The position numbers and the translations under genes were made by a program. From the NCBI GenBank assembly GCA_011605725.1, contig JAAOZP010000004.1, positions 32,001 to 96,000 on the forward strand: a stretch of 64,000 nt of DNA, in the 5' to 3' direction. The notes beneath the pieces are model-generated. The model was not told where the DNA came from and made no database searches. It was given only the letters and a program-made list of their open reading frames with translations. Every line of letters begins with the position of its first letter. Position 1 is the stretch's first letter. Of this stretch, positions 1 to 9,876 are shown in pieces. Source of the DNA: Nitrososphaerota archaeon. GTDB lineage: Archaea > Thermoproteota > EX4484-205 > JAAOZP01.

Positions 1-1049
1 TCATAGAAATCAGGGTTTCAGAACGTAGCGATAAACCTGTTTTCGCTAAGGGAATCGCCTATAAAAGGGTTGGAAGGAACAACGTTAAGATGGATAGGGA
101 TGAGATCGTAAGCTTGCTCAGGAAAGTTTACGAAATATCATATGAAGATGTTGAAGTCGCAAGCATTGAAGATATTGACTTCGATAAAGTAAGATCCTTC
201 ATAAATAGGGTCAGGGAAGCAAGATCCAGCTCGATACCTGAAAACGAGACTATTGTTTTGAGAAGCCTCGGATTAGTGGACGGCGAAGCTAGGCTGGCAG
301 CAATAATTCTATTCGGTAAGAACCCGCAGGCCTTAGCTCCGTGGGCTGTGGTGAAGATCGGCAGGTTCCTAGCTGAAGATGCAAGACCTGTTTTCGAGAA
401 GGAGATTGCAGGAGACCTTGTAGAGCAGATAGAAAAGAGCTATGCTGAAGTTCTATCATTAATAAGGAAGGAAATAAAAGTAAAGGGGCCCAGAAGAGAA
501 GAAATCTATGAATATCCTGTCGAAGCAGTCAGAGAACTCATTGTAAATGCTGTGACACATAGGGATTACTCGATTAAAAGCCCAATCTACATAAAGATAT
601 TTGAAGAAAAGATTTCCATCGAAAACCCAGGTGGACTACCCAAAGGCATAACGGTCGACGAGCTTAAAAAACCGCATAGTTCAATTCTCAGAAACCCTAA
701 GATAGCAAACGTGCTCTACAACTTGGGGTACATAGAGAAGTGGGGAATAGGAACGTTGGAAGTCATTAAAAAATGTCTGCTTAATGGAAACGGTGAACCC
801 ATCTTCTACTCCAACGGAGTGTTTAAGGCTGAAGTAAAAAGCAGGTACACGGTGAACATCAGCGATAAGGAAAGGATTGCTGTCGAGTACATAAGGAAAA
901 AAGGAAAGGCTACGAGGCTGGAGCTTGAAAAAATACTGGGTTTAAAAGAAAGCTCCGTAAGAAAGCTTCTTGAAGAACTCCAACGCAGAGGCCTCGTAGT
1001 GAAAGAAGGAAGGGGAAGGAGAACAAGATACAGGCTTTCAGTTTTCTAA
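1..1049 (+). CDS. Schlafen/AlbA_2 + HATPase_c_4 (RecG C-terminal-like) + wHTH protein, 5'-truncated by the window
   Basis: The frame is open from the window start (IEIRVSERSDKPVFAKGIAYKRVGRNN, end of AlbA_2). It contains EAVRELIVNAVTHRDY, IENPGG, RNPKIA and IEKWGIG, plus a C-terminal HTH. Confidence 0.85.
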   Translation, partial: IEIRVSERSDKPVFAKGIAYKRVGRNNVKMDRDEIVSLLRKVYEISYEDVEVASIEDIDFDKVRSFINRVREARSSSIPENETIVLRSLGLVDGEARLAAIILFGKNPQALAPWAVVKIGRFLAEDARPVFEKEIAGDLVEQIEKSYAEVLSLIRKEIKVKGPRREEIYEYPVEAVRELIVNAVTHRDYSIKSPIYIKIFEEKISIENPGGLPKGITVDELKKPHSSILRNPKIANVLYNLGYIEKWGIGTLEVIKKCLLNGNGEPIFYSNGVFKAEVKSRYTVNISDKERIAVEYIRKKGKATRLELEKILGLKESSVRKLLEELQRRGLVVKEGRGRRTRYRLSVF

Positions 1050-1171
1050 ACTCTCCCCGACAAGTAACTGCTCTGTTAACTTAAGCTCATGGAAGCATCA
1101 CTCCTAATCTTCTGAATCCACAATGGGACTATGTTAAATGCAGAAACACTAATAGCGTACGGCAACAACCG

Positions 1172-1250
1172 CTGAAGCCTACGGGCACTTCATAAAATAC
1201 AATAACCTCAAGAAAAAATAGCCGGCATCCTAAGTGGCTCAAAGACCCCA
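1172..1250 (+). pseudogene. Degenerate internal fragment of the ppsA 5' region
   Basis: gcaacaaccgctgaagcctacgggcacttcataaaatacaataacctcaagaaaaaatagccggcatcctaag...aaagacccca aligns with ppsA ~4162-4252. It ends at AGCGCGCT. Confidence 0.85.
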
Positions 1251-1261
1251 AGCGCGCTATA

Positions 1262-1383
1262 TCTCATCATACTCCTGTACTATCCATATTGTTGCCTTGT
1301 GGACGTAGTCGTTTATCAAGTTCGTAGCATGAATATATGACTCGGCTAGTTTCCTCCTTTCTTTCTCAAAGTTTTCGAACCTC
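1262..1383 (-). pseudogene. IS200/IS605 TnpB-like fragment
   Basis: The minus strand reads RFENFEKERRKLAESYIHATNLINDYVHKATIWIVQEYDE, resembling the TnpB 'RRKLA...N...D..HK....IV.EYD' segment. It is flanked by palindromes at 1251 and 1385. Confidence 0.55.
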
Positions 1384-1738
1384 TAGCACGCGCTTCTTTT
1401 TCTGAGGTTCCTTATCCATAAGCCACGCTTGCTGTATAGAAGCTTTTCCTCGGGACCGTTTTCTAATAGGCTCTCTTCTCATCTTTCGGTCTGAACATAA
1501 TCTCAGACATTATCCTCGCCCCGGAGTCATTTCTCATTACGAGTATCACGGAACATAGAAGTCTGCTTCCGACTCCGTGAATTCTCCATCTTTGATTCTT
1601 CTCACAAACGTTGAAATGCAGTATCTGTTCTCATCCGCATCATTCTAGTAATTCCCTCCCAAGCTTCTTTATGGATGTTTTTTAAAATTCTGGAATAACA
1701 TTTATATTTTGATGGAAAAATGGTAAATATGGTGAAAA

Positions 1739-1984
1739 ATGGAAAGTAAGGTAGAAGTTAAGAAGGTGGATCCGCAGGGCCGCGTTATTCTGCCCGCTGA
1801 CTGGCGCCAATCCGAAATGAAAGAAAGTAGAGAAATATACATAATCCGAGAGAAAGGGTATTTGAAGATAATCCCGAAGCGTAAAGTTGATTTAACCGAA
1901 TACTTTGATAAAGTTGATTTAAACGTCGAAGCCATTGAGAATTGGAAGAAGTTTGAGAAAAGGCTCTACGGGAGGCGCTCATGA
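1739..1984 (+). CDS. AbrB/MazE-fold antitoxin (VapB-like)
   Basis: KKVDPQGRVILPADWR motif; ATGA overlap with a PIN gene. Confidence 0.85.
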   Translation: MESKVEVKKVDPQGRVILPADWRQSEMKESREIYIIREKGYLKIIPKRKVDLTEYFDKVDLNVEAIENWKKFEKRLYGRRS

Positions 1985-3786
1985 GGTTCTTAGACGCAAA
2001 CATTTTCATCTACGCCTATTACAAACCGAAGAGGCAGCTCTCCCAAAAAGAGAAGCATATGAAGGAGTATGCCAAGAAGATAATTAGCAATGTATCTCAA
2101 GGAAAAGAGAAGGTGGCAACCACGGTTGTGCATCTTTCGGAGATTGTGAACATCCTCAAGCACGGCATGACCGTGGATGAATTAGCTAAACTCATCACCG
2201 GCTTATTTATGCTGGACAATGTTGAAATATATGGAGTGTCTAAGGAAGACTATTTTGCCGCGGTTGAGTTGAGTAAGGACTTAAAGATTGAGCGCGCGCG
2301 CGCTATCGTGTCCGTTCTCAGCGGGAACAACTCCATTTCTTGGGCAACCCTGAGTAAGTGGAACAGCACGAGCAAATCTTGGGATTACAACATTAAGGAC
2401 TTGAAGTCGAACATGAAGTCAGCACCCGGGTTAAGCTACATGGAGATCTGGGTGGACAAGCAGGACATAGGGTACACCCCTAATGGAATAAACTTCTTCA
2501 TAGAATCGTATGCTGAGGTTGGGGCTATGCTGGAGACGGAGCTGACTTACGTCATAGGTTCCTCGAAGAAGGGAATTACTTTGGACGGGGAACCGGATGA
2601 CTGGGGCACCATAGCCCCGTTGAAGACATTTCCATCAAAGAGGATAAACCCTCCTGAGCTGGAGGCTTCAAGCGTTTACATTGCAAACGATGATAAGAAT
2701 CTCTACTTCAGGTTTGACACGAGGGGAAAGCCCACCACAACAGTCAACGAAGGAGAATTGTACAGAATTACAGAAAGTTACCTTGACACCGATAACAATG
2801 ATAACACTGGATACATAGGGCGTGGTGGAGCAGAATTCAGAGTCTACGCATCCTTCTTTGTTAACGTGTCGAAATACACTCGCGTGCGCTACGAGAAGTA
2901 CACCGGGACGGGGCGTGATTATAGTTGGCAGGAGATTTCTGAATCATGGAACGCTGGGGACTTCAACAGCATCTTCGAATTCAAAATACCTCTCAGCATG
3001 ATTGGAGTAGAGACCGGTAGAACAATCGGCCTCTACATAGATGCGTTCTTGTGCATTTTTTATCGTAATATTCCCCAGCCCGGTCATTTGACGTATCCTC
3101 CGGATACTACTCCACCAGTCACAGCAATAGCTCTGAGCAAACCTAAGCATCAGGTTGGTTCAACAACCTATGTCTCCGGCTCAACGCTTTTCGAGCTCTC
3201 GGCAAGCGATGCTAGTGGAGTTAAGGAGATAAAGTATAGGGTTGACAATGGTCCATGGAATGCCTACACGGCAGGCTTCACGCTGTCAGGGTTCTCTGAC
3301 GGTTCTCACACGATAAGCTATTATAGTGTCGACAATGCTGGAAACACTGAGACCGAGAAAACCCTTACAATAATGCTGGATAAGACTCCTCCAACGATAG
3401 GCGAAGCATCGCCAACCGGAACCATTGGCTCAACATCAGTAACTTTCACGGTTAAGGTCGAGGACTCCGGCTCAGGAGTTAAGGAGGTTAAGCTAATCGT
3501 CGACGGTGCTTCCCAAGGCTTGATGAGCCAAAGCGGAAACACCTACACTAAAACGCTAAGTCTGTCAGAAGGCTCTCACACCTGGAGCATCGAAGCGGTT
3601 GACAACGTGGGAAACACCGCAACCCGAAACTACTCTCTCACATTCTCCACATGGATGAGCCTACTACCCTACCTTATAGCTGCTACCATAGTAATCGTAA
3701 TCATCATAGCCACCGCAGCAATCATGCTTAGGAGGAGACGCGCACCACTACCACCGCCCCCGCCTCCACCACCTCCTCCACCATAA
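1981..3786 (+). CDS. Chimeric ORF: truncated PIN/VapC toxin (~aa 1-103) fused to the C-terminal part of a surface protein (carbohydrate-binding-like, OmpL47/Ig-like domains, TM helix, poly-Pro tail)
   Basis: MRFLDANIF PIN start; the PIN sequence stops at palindrome 2291-2304 (reads ERARA). It is followed by TLDGEPDDW, DTTPPVT, YYSVDNAGNTE, a TM segment and RRRRAPLP11. Confidence 0.8.
   Translation: MRFLDANIFIYAYYKPKRQLSQKEKHMKEYAKKIISNVSQGKEKVATTVVHLSEIVNILKHGMTVDELAKLITGLFMLDNVEIYGVSKEDYFAAVELSKDLKIERARAIVSVLSGNNSISWATLSKWNSTSKSWDYNIKDLKSNMKSAPGLSYMEIWVDKQDIGYTPNGINFFIESYAEVGAMLETELTYVIGSSKKGITLDGEPDDWGTIAPLKTFPSKRINPPELEASSVYIANDDKNLYFRFDTRGKPTTTVNEGELYRITESYLDTDNNDNTGYIGRGGAEFRVYASFFVNVSKYTRVRYEKYTGTGRDYSWQEISESWNAGDFNSIFEFKIPLSMIGVETGRTIGLYIDAFLCIFYRNIPQPGHLTYPPDTTPPVTAIALSKPKHQVGSTTYVSGSTLFELSASDASGVKEIKYRVDNGPWNAYTAGFTLSGFSDGSHTISYYSVDNAGNTETEKTLTIMLDKTPPTIGEASPTGTIGSTSVTFTVKVEDSGSGVKEVKLIVDGASQGLMSQSGNTYTKTLSLSEGSHTWSIEAVDNVGNTATRNYSLTFSTWMSLLPYLIAATIVIVIIIATAAIMLRRRRAPLPPPPPPPPPPP
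2291..2304. repeat. Palindrome AGCGCGCGCGCGCT at a gene-fusion junction
   Basis: Perfect 14-bp palindrome, read directly. Confidence 0.9.
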
Positions 3787-4020
3787 CAACCCTAACCACT
3801 CCTTCTTTTCTTAAAAAAGTCGAACAAAGCGCCTTCACAGCCCTCGGAACCCCAAGCCTGCCTGCTGCGATTAGAAACAACGCATAAACCATCCCCATCC
3901 CGATTTTAAAAACAATGTTGAAACTCAAGTCTTAAGAACCCGAGTGTAAAGACGGTGGAAAACAACCGGTTGAAAACAGGAAACGCATATATACCACCAT
4001 GCAAACCAACCCCCTAGAAG

Positions 4021-6429
4021 ATGACCCAAGGAGAAAAATCCAAGAAATACGTACTCTGGTTCAACGAAATAGGCATAGAAGACGTACCCCTAGTAGGAGG
4101 AAAATCAGCAAGCCTAGGAGAAATGCTCAGGAAAACAGGCGTACCCGTGCCAAACGGCTTCGCAACCACCGCTGAAGCATACCGCTACTTCATAAAATAC
4201 AACAACCTCGAGAAGAAGATAGCCGACATACTAAGCGAGCTGAAAGACCCCAACGACACCAAAACACTGCAAAACGTAGGAGCAAGAATCAGGAAAACAA
4301 TCATGGAGGCAAAAATGCCCCCGGAAATAGAGGAGGAAATCAAAAAATACTACGCGCAGCTGGAGAAAGAAGTCAACCAGAAAAACCCGTTCGTAGCAGT
4401 AAGATCATCAGCAACAGCCGAAGACCTCCCAGACGCAAGCTTCGCAGGACAACAAGAAACATACCTAAACGTGTCAACACCCGAACAAGTCGTAGACAAG
4501 GTTAAAGAATGCTACTCAAGCCTCTTCACAGACAGAGCAATATTCTACAGAGTCCAAAAAGGATTCGACCACATGAAAGTCGCACTATCCGCAGCAGTCC
4601 AGCTAATGGTCTACTCAAAAGCCTCAGGAGTAATGTTCACCCTCGACGTAAGCAACGGAGACAGAAGCGTAGTAATGATAGAAGCAGGATACGGCCTCGG
4701 CGAATACGTCGTCCAAGGAAAAATCACGCCAGACGACTACTACGTTAGAAAAACCGACCTGCAAATCGTAAAGAAAGTCGTATCAACCAAAAAAGTAATG
4801 CTCGTCAGAAAACCAGGAGGAGGAACAGAAGAAAAAGAAGTCCCGCCAGAACTGCAAGACAAGCAAATACTCACCGACCAACAGATAAAAGAACTAGCAG
4901 CATACGCAATAGAAATCGAAAACCACTATGGTAAACCAATGGACATCGAATGGGCACTAGACGAAAGAGACAACAGACTCTACATACTCCAAGCAAGACC
5001 AGAAACAGTATGGGCACTCAAAAAACCCCAGGAGGAAAAAACAGAAACAGTAGCAGTAACCAAAGAGAAAGAAGTAATATGCCAAGGACTACCAGCATCA
5101 CCAGGACTAGCCGTTGGAAAGGCACATATAATTCTAAGCGTCGATAAATTAGACACATTCAAGCCAGGAGAAATACTAGTAACAATAATGACGGCGCCCG
5201 AGTGGGTTCCGGCCATGCGTAAGGCGGCTGCAATAGTTTGCGATTCAGGCGGCATGACTGCACACGCGGCCATAGTCTCACGAGAACTCGGAATCCCATG
5301 CATCGTCGGAACCGCGTCGAAAGGAAAACCTGCAACCGAAGCAATCAAGGATGGAGAAATCATAACGGTTGACGCGAAGCTGGGAGTCGTATACAGGGGA
5401 GCTTTAGCAGAAGTCGTAGAGAAAAAGGAGGAGAAGAAGGTTGAAGCCGTCGCAGTTGCAGCAGAATCATACCCGGTGACGGGAACAAAGATTTACGTTA
5501 ATCTAGGTGAACCCGAGTTAGCGGAAAAAGTCGCTTCACTACCTGTTGACGGCGTCGGACTAATGAGGCTCGAGTTCACGTACGCTGCCGAAGTAGGCGA
5601 GCACCCGCTACACTTAATCGAAACCGGTCACCCTGAGAAGGTTGTCGACAAGCTTGCCGAGGGGATGAGAAAAGTCTGCGCAGCGTTCTATCCTCGTCCC
5701 GTCGTGGTTCGTCTCGTCGACTTCAAGAGCAGCGAGTATAGAGACTTGAAAGGCGGGGAAAAATATGAGCCTGAGGAGCCCTCTGCGCTATTAGGCTGGA
5801 GAGGAGCATCGAGATATTACGATCCTAAGTATCTGCCTGCCTTCAGGCTTGAGCTCAGAGCTATAAAGAAGGTTCGCGACGAGTATGGGTTGAAGAACCT
5901 GTGGGTCATGATTCCGTTCTGCAGGACGATAAGCGAGATTGAGAAGGTCGTCGCAATCATGAAAGAGGAGGGACTTGAGCGCGGACCAGACTTCAAACTG
6001 TGGGTCATGGCTGAGATACCTTCAAACGTCTTGATAGCTGACAAGTTCAATAGATATATAGATGGGTATTCGATTGGTTCGAATGATTTAACTATGTTAA
6101 TACTTGGTGCAGACAGGGATAATGAGACTGTGGCGAAAATCTTCGACGAGAGGGACCTTGCTGTTAAAAGAGCAATTAAATATTTAATTAAAATAGCGCA
6201 TCGCGACGGCAAGACTGTTTCAATATGTGGACAGGCTCCATCAGTATATCCTGAGTTCACCGAGTTTCTTGTTAGAGCAGGCATTGACTCCGTGTCTATT
6301 AATCCTGATGCTGCAGTGTTCACTAGGAAGCTTGTTGCATCTATTGAGCAGAGGATAATGCTCGAGAAGGCTCTCGGCAAAGTTAAGGTTGACCCTGACT
6401 GGGACCTGCCTGACCCAGACGAAGAGTAA
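4021..6429 (+). CDS. ppsA: Phosphoenolpyruvate synthase (pyruvate, water dikinase)
   Basis: VGGKSASLGE, AVRSSATAEDLPDASFAGQQET, GGMTAHAAIVSRELGIP (phospho-His), SIGSNDL, SICGQAPS. Confidence 0.97.
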   Translation: MTQGEKSKKYVLWFNEIGIEDVPLVGGKSASLGEMLRKTGVPVPNGFATTAEAYRYFIKYNNLEKKIADILSELKDPNDTKTLQNVGARIRKTIMEAKMPPEIEEEIKKYYAQLEKEVNQKNPFVAVRSSATAEDLPDASFAGQQETYLNVSTPEQVVDKVKECYSSLFTDRAIFYRVQKGFDHMKVALSAAVQLMVYSKASGVMFTLDVSNGDRSVVMIEAGYGLGEYVVQGKITPDDYYVRKTDLQIVKKVVSTKKVMLVRKPGGGTEEKEVPPELQDKQILTDQQIKELAAYAIEIENHYGKPMDIEWALDERDNRLYILQARPETVWALKKPQEEKTETVAVTKEKEVICQGLPASPGLAVGKAHIILSVDKLDTFKPGEILVTIMTAPEWVPAMRKAAAIVCDSGGMTAHAAIVSRELGIPCIVGTASKGKPATEAIKDGEIITVDAKLGVVYRGALAEVVEKKEEKKVEAVAVAAESYPVTGTKIYVNLGEPELAEKVASLPVDGVGLMRLEFTYAAEVGEHPLHLIETGHPEKVVDKLAEGMRKVCAAFYPRPVVVRLVDFKSSEYRDLKGGEKYEPEEPSALLGWRGASRYYDPKYLPAFRLELRAIKKVRDEYGLKNLWVMIPFCRTISEIEKVVAIMKEEGLERGPDFKLWVMAEIPSNVLIADKFNRYIDGYSIGSNDLTMLILGADRDNETVAKIFDERDLAVKRAIKYLIKIAHRDGKTVSICGQAPSVYPEFTEFLVRAGIDSVSINPDAAVFTRKLVASIEQRIMLEKALGKVKVDPDWDLPDPDEE

Positions 6430-6486
6430 GGTTTCTAGTTCCCTTTTCTAACTTTTGTATTTTTCACTGTCCCCTTATTGTTAAAA
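6430..6486 (+). terminator. Pyrimidine/T-rich ppsA 3' region, probable archaeal terminator
   Basis: Oligo-T tracts right after the stop codon; also conserved in the relic copy at 37741-37795. Confidence 0.5.
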
Positions 6487-6490
6487 CTGA

Positions 6491-6504
6491 TTAGCGCGCG
6501 CTAA
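6491..6504. repeat. Palindrome TTAGCGCGCGCTAA at the ppsA/island boundary
   Basis: Perfect 14-bp palindrome directly after the ppsA 3' UTR. Confidence 0.9.
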
Positions 6505-7126
6505 GCTGATTAGTTTGAATATAAAAAGCTGGGGTAAGCACGTGTCAAAGGCGCGTTATCTTTACATACATTGAGCTTTTCCGGATTTTCGGATAAAAAT
6601 GTTAACTACTGTCTAAATCTATTTCATGAGAACCAAGTTAGCCCTAAAGATATGTGTTCACTAATCAGAAAGAATCTTACTCTTTAACTCCCTTCTAAAT
6701 CTTTTATACTTCAATAATTAATTGAAGTTGATTAACTGGAATAGCGTGTGCTGGTTCTGATGGATTAACATACTCTTCCAATTTGGAAGATTCCTTCTTC
6801 AAGTCCAAAGCATCCATTTCAGACCAGTAGTTTATTAAAAAAGTATACAGGACAATGTTTATATGATCCCATCCTACGTTTAATGATTTAGCCACAATGC
6901 TTATTAAACTCAGTGTTTCAGATGTTCAAGATCTCGCTGAAATCTTGTTTGAGAAGTGTATTAGGCCTGAAAGTAGCATGCACGCAGAAATAGACGTCTT
7001 CTTGAAAGATTTGATATTGATCGATCTCTAGCTTCAACACCTTATAGTAGTGCTGCAAAGAACCGTTTTCGCGAATTAATCAAGAATATTAACGGTACTG
7101 ACAAGTTCATTAAGGTCGTATCATAT

Positions 7127-7666
7127 TTGATTGAAACCAAGATCTCTCCTCAGGATACAGAAACCATAAGCGATCTTAGTCGGATCTTTGCCCCCTACGG
7201 TATTACTATTTCTGCTTCTGATAACAATTTGACCCTGCAATCGACATTAATGATTTCACAGAAGCTTCTAGAAGAAGAGCGTTATTGGTTAGAAGAAAAT
7301 GCGCCTGAAAAAACAATTACTCATCTTCGGCAAGCTCACGAAAAGTTAGGCCGAGGAGAATGGGCAGAGACGCTGTCTGCCTGTCGTAACGCATTGGAAT
7401 CTTTAACAAAGAGCGGGTCCTTTACAGGATTTATTAATGAACTTGTTGAAAAAGAAATCATAGCGAAGGGGGAGGAACAGAGGATGAAAGATGCTGAGTT
7501 ACTTAAAACCATATACGGATTCTGCTCTACAATCGGGTCACATGCGGCAGGTCAGGTGTTGGCAAATGAACAGAGGGCAAGAATGGGCTTGTTGATAACA
7601 GAGGCGGCAATCTATTTTTTATGTAGGCAGATGGAGGAAGCTAGAAGTAAAGGGATTTGTAGATGA
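7127..7666 (+). CDS. Abi_C/HEPN-like protein, probably 5'-degraded
   Basis: EWAETLSACRNALESL...GSHAAG...ARMGLLITEAAIYFL resembles the abortive-infection C-terminal domain; the upstream region has stops. Confidence 0.5.
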   Translation: MIETKISPQDTETISDLSRIFAPYGITISASDNNLTLQSTLMISQKLLEEERYWLEENAPEKTITHLRQAHEKLGRGEWAETLSACRNALESLTKSGSFTGFINELVEKEIIAKGEEQRMKDAELLKTIYGFCSTIGSHAAGQVLANEQRARMGLLITEAAIYFLCRQMEEARSKGICR

Positions 7667-7714
7667 ATAATGCTAATTTCGAGCGTTTGTTGCTGAAAAC
7701 GGTAACGTGCTACG

Positions 7715-9078
7715 CTATATGTAGTACCTAATATCTTTTACAACTTCATCCGATTGAAGACCTGCTTTGAGTATTTCAATTATGTTCGAGGCATACTTTA
7801 CTGTAACAGGCTCTCTGAGCATTAAATTGGTGTTATTCCAATCCATCTTAGTTAAAGCGAATATTTCTTTTCCTAATTTCTCAATTTCTGTTTTTCCATA
7901 ATCCATATGAAATTCTAATGGCTTCGGAATTCCGATACCTGGATAGGTTTTAAACGATTTAACGTACCCAGTCGTATATAACAGCCCTTTGGTGGCATCA
8001 ATCCTATAAAAAGTTCCTCTTGAAGGAGGCATTTTTCCATCTCCGAAAAACCTTAGAGATGGATTTTCAATGATGTTTACTAAGTCATAGGTAATGTCAA
8101 ATTTTGATAACACTTCTTCCACCCCTTCCTTTTCAGAGGGATTAAAGAAAGTTGTTTTATGCAACACTATTTTTTCAGGAGGATTGCCTATTTTTTGCCG
8201 GTATTCCTCGATCAATTTTTCAATTAAAACTGAAATCTTTTCCCTATTGAGATGATAGCTCCCATCAGTTTCTAATGTGAAATCTTTCCCAAACGCTTCA
8301 CTTGTAATTGAAACTACTGACACATGCTCTCCGTACTCGTTAAAGATTTCTGCCAAGCCGGATAAAACAGTTTGTCCGCTTTGAAGCTTTTTATGCCATA
8401 GGCTATGCCTATGAATGATTCAGTGTCTGTGAACTCCTTCAGCATCCAAGGTACTCCACCAGCCTTAACGTATAGACCAAGAGAGAGATTCCACATGTTT
8501 TCACAGACATATTTAGAAGCGAGTGCCTTCTCAGTAAGTATTTGACTTGCTATCCCTCTTTTGACCGCTAGCGCTTTAATCGATCTCCGTAAATTATATG
8601 ATAGTTGAGGATTATCATATTTCTCTAGCTCTTTGGGAATCTGAACTACCAGTACTTCATATTTTCCACGCATTTTATCATGAAATTCTTGGATTTTGTC
8701 ATCGTATAATTGAACAATTTCTTTAAACATATCCTTGGCCCACAACATCTTTGAAACATCGGAATCAGTTATCTTAATAGCTTCCCCTTCAGAAGGTATT
8801 CTTATAGGTACTTTATAGATTGTCTGAAAGCCTTTATATTTGATATCTCCAACTTTCTGCTCCGAGAAAGTATAATTAAGCTTCTCTAGAAAACTAATGA
8901 TCTTTGCAGGTTCTTTACATATTAACCCGAGCCGGATTTCTGGAAAGCTTCTCCTTCCTGAGTTAAAGTCTAGAGGTCCATGAAGGGATAGACCAACTTT
9001 AGGATCGATTATTGTTTCTTGGATTCCTAATCTAAATCTTAATTCAGGCTCAGTCCATACTACAGCTCTATCTACCAT
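7715..9078 (-). pseudogene. ago: Short prokaryotic Argonaute (MID+PIWI, catalytically inactive), split by a 1-nt frameshift
   Basis: EPELRF, GLSLHGP, SQIL, NLSLGLYVKAGGVPW, FIGIAY, KIVLHKT, PPSRGT, LLYTTG, PKPL, ALTKMDWN, EPVTVKYA. Adding one A to the run at 8388-8392 joins the ORFs (GIKKLQSGQTVLSGLAEIF), giving ~454 aa. Confidence 0.9.
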
Positions 9079-9874
9079 AGAAATCACTCTCCACCTCCTC
9101 CATTTTAGTGAATTCAGTACTGAAAACTAATCCTTCTCTCAAATTTCCAACCGGAATACTAATTTCCTCTTTTCCGTTACTTAAAAGTTTGACGATAGCG
9201 TTTAAAACGTTTCTCTTTTCAGGATTTCGTTTCAAGGCAATTTTACGAAAATCAAAGTAGAAATCTTTGGATCTAATTAAAGCAGGCCCAGCTTCTAAGT
9301 AAGCATTCTTGCTATTGCATACCATGTCTTGGGCTTCTAATACCGCTTTAAGAGGTAGAATCGGTTTCACTTTTGGAAGCAAAGTAAGTGCAATCCTGCT
9401 CCCCAAAAATTCCAGCCAGTAACTAAATCCTTCAAAAACGATGAGTCTTTCTCCAGAACTATTATAAATTTCATGGACTAATTCAGTATCTTCAAATCGT
9501 GTTGGTTCTAGGATAAAAGCTTGTTTTAAAAGCTTATTCATCCTTCGAGGTTGCCAAACAGAAACAGAATTATGTTTTACAAAATAAAAATGAAGCGCCT
9601 TATAAAAAATTGGTCGGATAATTTCCCAGTTGTTAACAGGATTTAAAGTAATTGATGAAGTATAAGCTGTCGTAAAGCCGTGTTCTCTAAGCTTCGTACT
9701 AACAGCTTCTTCATCTCCGATGAAGTATAACCTTCCACTGTGTAAATAATAGCAAGCATCATGAATAGGTCCAAGTATTTTATTCAACTGAGTGAATTGA
9801 ATGTTTATATCTATAACCTTGAAATCTTGTGGATGTTTTTTTAACATAAGCGAGTTAAGCATTAGCTCAACCAC
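9068..9874 (-). CDS. Ago-associated protein, N-L1/L2 lobe-like (Aga1/APAZ-like)
   Basis: Overlaps the ago start. N-terminal ELMLNSL and IVFEGFSYWLEFLGSRIALTLLPK resemble Ago N/L1 motifs. Confidence 0.65.
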   Translation of the reverse strand: MVELMLNSLMLKKHPQDFKVIDINIQFTQLNKILGPIHDACYYLHSGRLYFIGDEEAVSTKLREHGFTTAYTSSITLNPVNNWEIIRPIFYKALHFYFVKHNSVSVWQPRRMNKLLKQAFILEPTRFEDTELVHEIYNSSGERLIVFEGFSYWLEFLGSRIALTLLPKVKPILPLKAVLEAQDMVCNSKNAYLEAGPALIRSKDFYFDFRKIALKRNPEKRNVLNAIVKLLSNGKEEISIPVGNLREGLVFSTEFTKMEEVESDFYGR

Positions 9875-9876
9875 TT

